A stretch of 32,000 nt of DNA, from positions 1 to 32,000 of the forward strand of contig NZ_PQWO01000030.1 in assembly GCF_003231495.1 (NCBI RefSeq), in the 5' to 3' direction. A program made the position numbers and the translations under genes. Below the pieces are notes generated by a model. The model had not been told where the DNA came from. It made no database searches and worked only from the letters and a program-made list of their open reading frames with translations. This document shows, piece by piece, positions 6,843-15,559 of the stretch. Positions within the stretch are counted from its first letter, which is position 1. The number at the start of each line of letters is the position of its first letter. The stretch is from Acaryochloris thomasi RCC1774 (GTDB taxonomy: Bacteria > Cyanobacteriota > Cyanobacteriia > Thermosynechococcales > Thermosynechococcaceae).

Positions 6843-9749
6843 ATGGCTGATACTGAGTTGAACCTGGCTACTCTCAATGGGGCTAATGGCTTCACGATCA
6901 ATGGCATTGAACAAAGTGATGCCTCAGGTTATTCAGTGAGTAGTGCCGGGGATTTCAATGGTGACGGACTCGACGACATCATTATTGGCACACCCTATGC
7001 AGATGCCAATGGAAGTGTTAGTAACCCAAATGCAGGTGAAAGTTATGTGATCTTTGGTAAAAGTAACTTCGGGAGCATACTCAATCTCAGTGATCTCAAT
7101 GGGAGCAATGGATTCACTATCAACGGAATTTCCCCTTTTGATGAATCCGGCTTTTCAGTAAGTAGTGCTGGAGATGTCAATGGAGATGGGCTCGACGACA
7201 TCATTATTGGTGCACCGAGAAGAAGGCCCTTAAGACCCATCCCTAAGGAAGCAGAGAGCTATGTAGTCTTTGGTCACAGTAGCTTCGGGAGCATACTCAA
7301 TCTCAGTGATCTCAATGGGAGCAATGGATTCACTATCAACGGAATAAGTGTATATGACAATTTCGGTAATTCAGTGAGTAGTGCTGGAGATGTTAACGGA
7401 GATGGACTCGACGATATCATTATCGGCGCACCCAATGCAGATCCAAATGAAATCCGTCTTGCAGGAGAGAGTTATGTAGTCTTTGGTCGCAGTAGCTTCG
7501 AGAGTAACCTCAATCTCAGTGACCTCAATGGGAGCAATGGGTTCACTATCAACGGAATTTCCCCTTTTGATGAATCCGGCTTTTCAGTGAGTAGTGCTGG
7601 AGATGTCAATGGAGATGGAATCGACGACATCATTGTTGGCGCACCCCATCCCACAAATGTCGGTGAGTATTCAGGCGAAAGCTATGTGATCTTTGGCAGT
7701 ACCAGTTTCGAAAGCACAGTTAATCTCAGTGATCTCAATGGGAGCAATGGATTCACTATCAACGGAATTTCCCCTTTTGATGAATCCGGCTTTTCAGTGA
7801 GCAGTGCTGGAGATGTCAATGGAGATGGACTCGATGACATTATTATTGGCGCACCGAGTAGCAACTTAAGTTCAACTAACTCTGGTCCTGGGGAAAGCTA
7901 TGTGGTCTTTGGAAGCAGTAGCTTCGCCAGTGAACTCGATCTAAGTGCCCTAGATGGGAAAAATGGATTCGCCATCAATGGTCTTGAGGCATTTGACAGA
8001 TCCGGCTTTTCAGTGAGCAGTGCTGGAGATGTCAATGGAGATGGATTTGATGACCTCATTATTGGCGCACCTGGAGCAGATCCAAATGGCACCTCTAGCG
8101 CTGGAGAGAGTTATGTGATTCTCGGAGCTAGTAGTGGTTTTGCTTCAACTTTAAGCGTTAGAGATCTTGATGGTACTAACGGCTTTGCTCTTTATGGTAT
8201 TGAACAAATTGATGGGGCGGGAAATTCCGTTAGCAGTGCAGGTGATGTTAATAATGACGGTTTTGATGACCTCATTATCGGTGCGCCTGGAGCAGATCCA
8301 AATGGTGGCGCCCCATTTGATCCAGCTCCAGGTCAGAGCTACGTGGTCTTTGGTTTCTCAAATGAGAACCTCAATGTGATCCAAGGGAACGACAATAATA
8401 ATGTCCTGACAGGTACCGCTGATGATGATTTACTCCAAGGATTTAGCGGTGAAGACGTTCTCCTCGCCTTCTACGGGAATGACATCCTAAATGGCGGCAA
8501 TGACAATGATGTTCTCAGCGGTGGAGATGATGATGATCTTCTCAACGGCGGAGATGGTGACGATACTTTAGTTGGAGATCGAGGAAGCGATATTAATGTG
8601 GGAGGAGCAGGTAGTGATCGCATCATTTGGAATCTTGGAGATGGTTCAGACCAAATCGATGGTGGCTCAGGTCTCGATACTGTTGAGGTGAATGGGTCTT
8701 CAAATGGTCGAGATATTTACCAGGTTCTAAAAGCAGAGGATAACGTTCTGTTCGAGCGTACCAATATCGACTTATTCCAACTTGATATCAATTATGTTGA
8801 GGTGCTTGAGGTCAATAGTGGTGGCAATAATGACACCCTAACGGTAGGCGATCTCTCGGGCACAGCTTTTGAGTCAATCACCTTTAACGCTGGGAATGGA
8901 AACGATGTTCTTGATGGTTCCTCAGCAACAACTGCATTCGTTGGATTGGGTGGAAATGGAGCTGACACGCTTGAAGGTGGAAGCAATAATGACCTTTTGA
9001 TTGGTAGTAATGGCAACGACCTTCTGCGAGGCTTTGCCGGAGATGACACCCTCAACGGTGGAGCTGGTAATGACGATATGATCGGTCAAGAAGGCAATGA
9101 TCTTCTGAATGGTGGGAGTGGCAATGACTTTCTACAAGGCTCCGAAGGGGATGATACTCTCATTGGTGGTGCCGGTAGGGATACTCTCTTTGGACAGGCA
9201 GGTAACAATCGCCTTATAGGTGGAAATGGCAATGATGTATTGAGTGGCGGTGATGGTAATGATGTCATTGTTGGAGGGGCAGGAGATGATTTTGTTGGAG
9301 GATTTGGCTTAGGGGATGATGTTCTGATAGGGGGAGCAGGGAATGATCAGATATCAGCTAGTGCTGGCAATAATATCCTTATAGGAAACGGCGGTATTGA
9401 TACATTTTTGTTTGACAGCGATGAGGATTTTGTCGCCAATGATTTTGGCAATAATAATATTATCGACTTTGAAGTCGGCATTGATAAAATTACCTTGAGC
9501 ACATTCACATTTAGTGCTTTGAATTCTACAGGAGGCTCTATACTTATTGATGAATTTGAAGTTGTAGATACTGATGCAGATGCCTCTACTAGCGAGGCTT
9601 TTATTGCCTATAGTAAAAGCACAGGTAATCTCTTCTATAATGAGAATGGGATTGCTGCTGGTTTGGGTTCAGGAGATCAGTTCGCAACTCTGCAAGGTGC
9701 TCCAGATATTAGTACTTCTGATTTCATTGTGACAGACTTTAGTATTTAG
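6843..9749 (+). CDS. large FG-GAP (integrin-alpha-type, 7-blade) plus RTX/hemolysin-type Ca-binding repeat protein; probable type I secretion substrate/adhesin
   Basis: 968 aa. There are seven ~70-aa repeats of the form NGxNGFxINGxxxxDxxGxSVSSAGDVNGDGxDDxIIGAP....GESYVVFG, each with a DxNxDGxxD Ca loop. Two blocks of GGxGxDxL-type nonapeptides follow (GNDILNGGNDNDVLSGGDDDDLLNGGDGDDTL...). The N-terminus MADTELNL has no signal peptide. The acidic C-terminal domain ends ...DFIVTDFSI. Confidence 0.9.
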   Translation: MADTELNLATLNGANGFTINGIEQSDASGYSVSSAGDFNGDGLDDIIIGTPYADANGSVSNPNAGESYVIFGKSNFGSILNLSDLNGSNGFTINGISPFDESGFSVSSAGDVNGDGLDDIIIGAPRRRPLRPIPKEAESYVVFGHSSFGSILNLSDLNGSNGFTINGISVYDNFGNSVSSAGDVNGDGLDDIIIGAPNADPNEIRLAGESYVVFGRSSFESNLNLSDLNGSNGFTINGISPFDESGFSVSSAGDVNGDGIDDIIVGAPHPTNVGEYSGESYVIFGSTSFESTVNLSDLNGSNGFTINGISPFDESGFSVSSAGDVNGDGLDDIIIGAPSSNLSSTNSGPGESYVVFGSSSFASELDLSALDGKNGFAINGLEAFDRSGFSVSSAGDVNGDGFDDLIIGAPGADPNGTSSAGESYVILGASSGFASTLSVRDLDGTNGFALYGIEQIDGAGNSVSSAGDVNNDGFDDLIIGAPGADPNGGAPFDPAPGQSYVVFGFSNENLNVIQGNDNNNVLTGTADDDLLQGFSGEDVLLAFYGNDILNGGNDNDVLSGGDDDDLLNGGDGDDTLVGDRGSDINVGGAGSDRIIWNLGDGSDQIDGGSGLDTVEVNGSSNGRDIYQVLKAEDNVLFERTNIDLFQLDINYVEVLEVNSGGNNDTLTVGDLSGTAFESITFNAGNGNDVLDGSSATTAFVGLGGNGADTLEGGSNNDLLIGSNGNDLLRGFAGDDTLNGGAGNDDMIGQEGNDLLNGGSGNDFLQGSEGDDTLIGGAGRDTLFGQAGNNRLIGGNGNDVLSGGDGNDVIVGGAGDDFVGGFGLGDDVLIGGAGNDQISASAGNNILIGNGGIDTFLFDSDEDFVANDFGNNNIIDFEVGIDKITLSTFTFSALNSTGGSILIDEFEVVDTDADASTSEAFIAYSKSTGNLFYNENGIAAGLGSGDQFATLQGAPDISTSDFIVTDFSI
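6858..8360 (+). repeat. seven in-frame ~210-bp FG-GAP blade repeats; blades 2-5 share a near-identical ~80-140-bp core at DNA level
   Basis: The string ctcaatctcagtgatctcaatgggagcaatggattcactatcaacggaatttccccttttgatgaatccggcttttcagt recurs at about 7081, 7509 and 7727. A partial copy lies at about 7291. Confidence 0.85.
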
Positions 9750-10132
9750 GCTGCCTGTAATATATGGAGGGCTTAGTTTGCAGCTTGAAGTAAATCCCTT
9801 CATGTATTTCGTTCGCATAGAAAACTGAAGAAATATGGTAGCTAATCTAAAAATGAGTCAAACTGAGAACATTTCTACTTCCTTAAAAATCAACTGCTTG
9901 TAAATGATTATATAAACAGCGTGAACTATAGTTTTGTGTTGGAAGGTAGATGCAGGAACAGGAATTTATGTGTATTTTTCACAAGAGGAAATTGGTAGTG
10001 AGAACAAAATGATATTGTCTTATATTAAAGAACTAAATAGTATATTTTTTGCTCATGAGTAATTAGCCTGAATCTCTTGGTGTAAAAAAGCTATTAGGTC
10101 TGTTTCTCTCTGCTGTCCTAAGATTTTTGTAC

Positions 10133-12913
10133 ATGGGAAAACAGTTTTGTCCCTCGATGCGGGTATTTGAAATATTAGTTTCTTTCGCCGTGACGTCAGT
10201 AGTACTTTTGGCTGAACCTCAGCCAGCCTGGGGACAACTGAAAGGGCGACAGGAGCTGCAGATAAGAACAGAGCAACTAATCGAACAAGCTGTTTTGTCT
10301 CGGGACAAGCAAGAGTATCGTGATGCACTCGCTCTTTTCGAAAGAGTATTGACTTCAACTCAGAGGCTAAATGATAAACCCTTCAACCTGATCGCGTTCT
10401 CTAACATTGGTTATATCTACGCTGCTCTAGGTGAAAATCAAAAAGCTTTAAAGTATTTCAAGCGATCGTTGCGTCTTTCTCAAGCCGCCGAGGGGCAACA
10501 ACAAGAAGCAACTACTCTCAATAATATTGGTTATGTCTACGCAGCTATAGGTGAAAATCAAAATGCTCTGGAGCACTTTAACCAAGCGCTCCCATTATCT
10601 AGGGCTATAGGTGACCGTCGTGGAGAAGCGACCACCCTAAGTAATTTTGGATTGGTCTATGGTGCTTTAGGTGAGAACCAGAAGGCTCTGGAGCACTATA
10701 ACCAAGCGCTACCGTTGTTCAGAAGTGTAGGGGATCGTCATGGAGAAGCAACAACCCTCAACAATATTGGTTTAGTCTATGCTGCTCTCGGCGAAAATCA
10801 GAAAGCCCTATGGCACTATAACCAATCGCTTCTTCTATTTAGAGCTGTGGGCAATCGCGGAGGAGAAGCAACAACCCTTAATAATATTGGTTTGGGCTAC
10901 GCTGCTCTCGGCGAAAATCAGAAAGCCCTATGGTACTACGGCCAATCGCTGCCGTTATCGAATGTTGTGGGCAACCAACGCGGGGAAGCTGGAGCCTTAA
11001 ACAATATTGGTTATTCCTATGCTGCTCTTGGTGATAATCAGAAGGCCCTGAAGTACTTTTACCAAGCATTACCTTTATCGAGAGCTGTGGGTGATCGCAG
11101 CGGCGAGGCAACCGCCCTTAATAATATCGGCCTGAGCTACGCTACGTTGGCTAAATACAAGAAGGCTCTGAAGTACTATCGCCAGTCACTCCCATTGTCT
11201 AGAGCCGTAGGTGACCGACGTCTTGAGGCGGCTACTCTGAATAATCTAGGGGTTCTCCTTGCTAGTCAAAAGCAGCCCTTACTTGCGATTATCTTCTATA
11301 AACAGTCGATCAACATCACTGAGTCACTTCGCGCAGATATCAGTAATCTTGCTCAAGATGTTCAGCAATCGTTCACTAACTCTATTTCTTCTCGGTATCG
11401 CCGTCTTGCTAATCTTCTTCTTCAACAGGACCGGATCATAGAAGCTCAACAAGTGCTTGACCTACTTAAGCTCCAAGAACTTGACGAGTATTTTGGAGAT
11501 GTTAGAGGCAATCTTGAAACGCAGAAAGGTGTCACGGTTCAGCGCTCTGAAAAAGCTATCCTTGACAAATTTAATGAGTTTCAAAGTGCGATCGAATTAG
11601 GTGCTGAGCTAGCAGAATTGCGTAATGTTCCTCTCGCAGAACGGACTGAAGCTCAGATGCGCCGCCTCACAGAGTTGATCGCATTTGAAGAAGCTATCAA
11701 TGCAGACTTTAATGAGTTTACACAAAGTAAAACTGTCAAAAAAGCTCTCAAGCAACTTAACAGAACAGCTCAGCATCGAACTGTTGCTCTGGATGAACTT
11801 GATGCTCTTAGAGCAAACCTAGGAAAGCTAAATGCTGTTTTGCTTTATCCATTTATTCTTGAAGATCGCTTAGAGCTGATTATCACAACGTCAAATAGCG
11901 CACCTCTACGACGTGTTGTACCCGTGTCCCGAGAACAACTAAATCAAGCTATCGTTGACTTTCGCTTAGCTCTCGAAGATCGTAAAAGTTCAAATGTTCA
12001 ACGCCTTGCCAACAAGCTTTATGAGTGGTTAATACAGCCTATTGAAGCTGATCTGCAACAGGCCAATGCAGAAGTGATTATCTATGCTCCTGATCGACAG
12101 TTGCGCTATATTCCTCTTTCCGCGCTTCATGATGGCGAGCAATGGTTAGTCCAGCGATTGCAAGTCAATAACATTACGGCCAAGTCCTTGAGTAATCTGG
12201 AGTCACAGTTAGATTCAAACCTCAACGTCCTTGCTGGCGCATTTGTGCAAGGGCAGTATCGGTTTAATATTGGCTCACAGAGTTACAGTTACTCGGGTCT
12301 CCGCTATGCCGGTGAGGAAGTAACTCAATTGGCTGCGATGATTCCCGATACGACCCAATACCGGGACAAGGCTTTTAGCAAAGTTACGTTCCAATCACTG
12401 ATGAACGAATATCAGATTGTCCATTTTGCAACTCATTCAACATTCTTGCCAGGTCAACCTGAAGATTCATTCATTTTGTTTGGCAATGGTGATCGTGCAA
12501 CTCTTCGTGAGATTGGTAATTGGTCATTATTCAACGTTGATTTAGTTGTCCTCAGTGCCTGCGGAACGGCCCTTGGCGGTCAATTAGGGAATGGTGATGA
12601 GATCTTAGGGCTTGGCTATCAATTTCAAAATCGGGGTGCAAAGGCAACGATTGCTTCTCTTTGGTCGGTCGACGATCGCGGAACACTGCAGCTAATGAGT
12701 GCTTTGTATGACAACCTCAAGAATGGTGGAATATCTAAAACAGAAGCATTACAACAAGCCAAGATTGATCTAATTACAGGAAAGAATATACTGAATGCTG
12801 TGGTGAATGAAAATCAGTCCATTACTGATTCTGGTGACTTACCAAAGCCGTATAACTATCTCAAGCATCCTTATTATTGGGCACCATTTATCTTGATTGG
12901 GAATGGTTTATGA
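10133..12913 (+). CDS. TPR-repeat CHAT-domain protein (caspase-like Cys protease fold) with an N-terminal signal-peptide-like segment
   Basis: The track ORF starts at TTG 10127, and ATG alternatives lie at 10133 and 10157. The hydrophobic N-terminus is VFEILVSFAVTSVVLLAEPQPAWG. Eight 40-aa TPR units follow (EATTLNNIGxVYAALGENQKALxxYNQALPLxRAVGDRxG). The C-terminal CHAT domain carries the dyad context VHFATH (cat at 12434) and VVLSAC (tgc at 12560), and ends HPYYWAPFILIGNGL. Confidence 0.9.
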   Translation: MGKQFCPSMRVFEILVSFAVTSVVLLAEPQPAWGQLKGRQELQIRTEQLIEQAVLSRDKQEYRDALALFERVLTSTQRLNDKPFNLIAFSNIGYIYAALGENQKALKYFKRSLRLSQAAEGQQQEATTLNNIGYVYAAIGENQNALEHFNQALPLSRAIGDRRGEATTLSNFGLVYGALGENQKALEHYNQALPLFRSVGDRHGEATTLNNIGLVYAALGENQKALWHYNQSLLLFRAVGNRGGEATTLNNIGLGYAALGENQKALWYYGQSLPLSNVVGNQRGEAGALNNIGYSYAALGDNQKALKYFYQALPLSRAVGDRSGEATALNNIGLSYATLAKYKKALKYYRQSLPLSRAVGDRRLEAATLNNLGVLLASQKQPLLAIIFYKQSINITESLRADISNLAQDVQQSFTNSISSRYRRLANLLLQQDRIIEAQQVLDLLKLQELDEYFGDVRGNLETQKGVTVQRSEKAILDKFNEFQSAIELGAELAELRNVPLAERTEAQMRRLTELIAFEEAINADFNEFTQSKTVKKALKQLNRTAQHRTVALDELDALRANLGKLNAVLLYPFILEDRLELIITTSNSAPLRRVVPVSREQLNQAIVDFRLALEDRKSSNVQRLANKLYEWLIQPIEADLQQANAEVIIYAPDRQLRYIPLSALHDGEQWLVQRLQVNNITAKSLSNLESQLDSNLNVLAGAFVQGQYRFNIGSQSYSYSGLRYAGEEVTQLAAMIPDTTQYRDKAFSKVTFQSLMNEYQIVHFATHSTFLPGQPEDSFILFGNGDRATLREIGNWSLFNVDLVVLSACGTALGGQLGNGDEILGLGYQFQNRGAKATIASLWSVDDRGTLQLMSALYDNLKNGGISKTEALQQAKIDLITGKNILNAVVNENQSITDSGDLPKPYNYLKHPYYWAPFILIGNGL
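10385..11330 (+). repeat. tandem 120-bp (40-codon) TPR coding repeats, about 8 units
   Basis: Unit boundaries are at 10505, 10625, 10745, 10865, 10985, 11105 and 11225. Units starting at 10745 and 10865 share long identical runs (ggagaagcaacaaccct.aa.aatattggttt...gctgctctcggcgaaaatcagaaagccctatgg). Confidence 0.85.
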
Positions 12914-12984
12914 GCTGAATCCGTCAGCACTGAGTAGCCAAATTTAACTGATGGGCATGATACCCCCATCTCTTTCCTCTCTTT

Positions 12985-13292
12985 GGTTCATATCACTTGA
13001 AATAACACCTCCAGTTCCTCAACGCCCTGCATGAGCTTCTCTCTTCGATCAGAAAGACACACCGATTCTGTCATTTGAGTGCGTGGCCTCAAAAAGTTCG
13101 CCACTCCTCGATAGCTCAGCTTGTATCTCTCTCAAAGCAGAAAGACCTGAAATACTATGTCAGTGGGGACTTCAATGAAGTTGAAGTGTGTGCCAGTCCG
13201 TTCGTTATAGGTTCGGCGGCATTGCTTGCACCGGAACATGGTGTATCCCAAGTTGGTCTGACGCTGGAGGTCAGGCAGTGAGGACAATCCAT
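12985..13292 (-). pseudogene. IS6-family-like transposase N-terminal remnant (zinc-ribbon plus HTH), frameshifted and stop-interrupted
   Basis: Hand reverse-complement gives MDCPHCLTSSVR.. Then a frameshift gives QRQTNLGYTMFRCKQCRRTYNERTGTHFNFIEVPTDIVFQVFLL*ERYKLSYRGVANFL... This is colinear with IS6-type CPHC...GYxRFRCxxCxRxFNERTGTPFxxxxxPTDxVxxVVLWRLRYKLSLRDxAE. The catalytic DDE part is absent. Confidence 0.55.
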
Positions 13293-13449
13293 GAAAGGTA
13301 GGTAGGGAAGGGCATAGGCTTAGATTGTATCAGAGGGGTGTCACTCACTGTTGGCTACTCACTCTTGACAGTTTCGACCCATGGACTTGAATAGGATTCA
13401 GTACAGTTGAGTGGTTGAATGAAATCTTGGCCCTACTTTTTGAGTCACC

Positions 13450-14724
13450 ATGCTGCAACTGCTCAGTCTTGGCCTCTTGCCCCTGTGGCTCGAAACCGCG
13501 AATATCTTACAGCCTCCTGAAATTGCGATTCAACAGCCGCTCGATCTGCTGATGATTAATCATCCTGATCGAGGCGTCGAAACTGTTATTGACGACTATC
13601 TTGCCAATCTAGAGCAGCAGGGCTTCTCTTCGCAGAATCAGGGCATTTGGCTTCAGACCTCCGATCAGCTTTTGGCCTACCACGGAGCCGATCAGCCTTT
13701 GTCAGGGGCCTCGCTGACCAAGGTTGCTACGACTCTTGCGGCCCTCAAAACCTGGACGTTAGATCATCAGTTTGTCACCGACGTTAGCGTCACTGGTCCC
13801 ATCCAGCAGGGCGTGCTGCAGGGGGATTTAATAATTCACGGTGGCAACGATCCCCTTTTTGTGGGAGGAGAAGCTATTGGCCTAGGTGCTGTCCTCAATC
13901 AGCTTGGGATTCAGCAAATTGCCGGGAACCTCGTGATCTCTGGTCCGTTCGTCATGGAATTTCAGAGCAACCCGCAACAGTCAGGACAGCTCTTGCTGAA
14001 TGGATTCAATGGTCAAGTACTGCCGGGTGATCCAAAATATCCTAAATATAATCTTTCTACTGCTGCGGTTCCCCTCCCTAAAATTAGCCTTAAGGGCCGC
14101 ATTGTAGCGGGCAGCAGCCAACGAAAGGGGCAGGTCATTGTGCAGCACCGATCTTTGCCGATGCTCGAAATTTTGAAGCAGCTCAACGTCCACAGTAACA
14201 ATCACGTTGCCGACCAGCTGGCACAACTGATGGGTGGGTCATCTGTGGTGGTGCAGAAAGTCGCGGCTGAAGGTATTCCTGCCCAAGAGGTGCTCTTAAT
14301 CAATGGCTCCGGCCTTGGGCAAGACAATCGAGTGTCGCCCCGAGCAGTGGCAGGACTTTTTCAAGCGATTGAGCGCCATCTGCAGCCCCAAAATCTGACG
14401 GTTGCCGATCTATTCCCGGTGGCGGGGCGTGATTTTGGCACGATTAAAGAGCGCAACCTCCCGGCCGCAGCGGTGGTCAAGACCGGAACGCTATGGAACG
14501 TCAGTGCCCTAGCGGGGGTTTTGCCCACGCGTAAATATGGTCCCGTCTGGTTCACGGTTATTAACGGCGGTCCCAGCAATACTGAAGGCTTTCGCCAAGC
14601 GCAGGATCGCTTTTTGCAGACCCTCAGCCAGCGCTGGGGGCGTACAGATCGATCGGTATGGACAGCCCCAACCCGCACTCATCAGTTTGGAGAGCCAGAG
14701 CGCAATCAAGTGTTGAAGCCCTGA
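13450..14724 (+). CDS. dacB: D-alanyl-D-alanine carboxypeptidase/endopeptidase, PBP4 (peptidase S13) family
   Basis: 424 aa with a hydrophobic N-terminus. It has the SxxK motif (GASLTKVAT), SxN (HSNNHVAD) and KTG (VVKTGTL) in the canonical order and spacing. Confidence 0.85.
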   Translation: MLQLLSLGLLPLWLETANILQPPEIAIQQPLDLLMINHPDRGVETVIDDYLANLEQQGFSSQNQGIWLQTSDQLLAYHGADQPLSGASLTKVATTLAALKTWTLDHQFVTDVSVTGPIQQGVLQGDLIIHGGNDPLFVGGEAIGLGAVLNQLGIQQIAGNLVISGPFVMEFQSNPQQSGQLLLNGFNGQVLPGDPKYPKYNLSTAAVPLPKISLKGRIVAGSSQRKGQVIVQHRSLPMLEILKQLNVHSNNHVADQLAQLMGGSSVVVQKVAAEGIPAQEVLLINGSGLGQDNRVSPRAVAGLFQAIERHLQPQNLTVADLFPVAGRDFGTIKERNLPAAAVVKTGTLWNVSALAGVLPTRKYGPVWFTVINGGPSNTEGFRQAQDRFLQTLSQRWGRTDRSVWTAPTRTHQFGEPERNQVLKP

Positions 14725-14913
14725 GTATTGCGGCACTCCCAGAAATGCCACTCACAACAGACGTTGAGTTAGGACAGCCTTTTCATAACGGATATTGTGT
14801 TCATTCAACTGAATGTCCTCATTAATTTCTTATCGGTCTATCGATTGATGGAGTTTGCTCTCCCCTGGAATCCATCGTTGAGACGATGTCTGATGGTGGT
14901 TGGATTTGATGCA

Positions 14914-15492
14914 ATGAAAATGGAGACGACACAAGGACTATCAAAAAATATGCGTTCCATTAATATTGGCCTTACTGAAGAGCAGCGTCACGGCGTCATG
15001 CAGCTTCTCAATCAGGATCTAGCGGATATGTATCTGCTGGTGATCAAAACCAAGAAATATCATTGGGATGTCGTCGGGCCACAGTTTAGAACTTTGCACC
15101 AGCTTTGGGAAGAACACTACAGCGCCCTGGGCTTGAACATTGACGCCTGCGCAGAGCGTATTCGTGCTTTAGGCGGCTATCCTGTCGGTACCGCGAAGGA
15201 CTTCATTGAGCTGGCCACCATTAAAGAACACTCAGGCGATTTGCCGTCTGCAACTGAAATGGTCTCTCGCTTGGTCGAAGATCATGAAATGATTATCCGT
15301 AACTTAAGAGGTCATATTGACCAGTGCGGTCAGTCCTTCCATGACGAAGGGACAGCAGATTTTCTCACCGGTCTAATGGAAGCCCATGAGGAAATGGCTT
15401 GGATGCTGCGTTCCTTTATCGAAGGACAATCGCTGGAATCAAGTGGCGCGCGGCCTCGATCAGAAATTCAGGTTCCTGCTGGTGTGAGCTAA
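14914..15492 (+). CDS. dps: Dps family DNA-binding ferritin-like protein
   Basis: LNQDLADMYLLVIKTKKYHWDVVGPQFRTLHQLWEEHY and later DEGTADFLTGL are Dps ferroxidase-site blocks. The track ORF starts at GTG 14797. The internal ATGs at 14914, 14920 or 14950 give a typical Dps length. Confidence 0.85.
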   Translation: MKMETTQGLSKNMRSINIGLTEEQRHGVMQLLNQDLADMYLLVIKTKKYHWDVVGPQFRTLHQLWEEHYSALGLNIDACAERIRALGGYPVGTAKDFIELATIKEHSGDLPSATEMVSRLVEDHEMIIRNLRGHIDQCGQSFHDEGTADFLTGLMEAHEEMAWMLRSFIEGQSLESSGARPRSEIQVPAGVS

Positions 15493-15559
15493 CCCGCAAG
15501 CCTAATGGCTAAAAATTCATGTCATCCCATAAGATTTGAGGGTGCGATCGATGTCCTAG

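Noticed and set aside
7043-8092. Four similar minus-strand ORFs (7043..7240, 7472..7654, 7682..7864, 7898..8092) encoding ...PSPLTSPALLTEKPDSSKGEIPLIVNPLLPLRSLRL
   Set aside because: They are antisense shadows of the repeated FG-GAP blades. Their similarity simply mirrors the DNA repeat, and the plus-strand frame is continuous for 968 codons with clear domain signatures.
9835-9900. 21-codon ORF (MVANLKMSQTENISTSLKINCL) in the AT-rich spacer between the RTX gene and CHAT-1
   Set aside because: It is too short, has no RBS and no second copy or conservation evidence available here. It is noted only because of its position between the two island genes.
10385-11330. Regular 120-bp periodicity that could superficially suggest a CRISPR-like array
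   Set aside because: The units are contiguous with no unique spacers. They stay in frame inside a long ORF and encode canonical TPR helices.
13075-13281. Plus-strand 68-aa ORF
   Set aside because: It lies exactly antisense to the IS6-like transposase remnant, whose minus-strand translation has recognisable motifs. The ORF has no features of its own.
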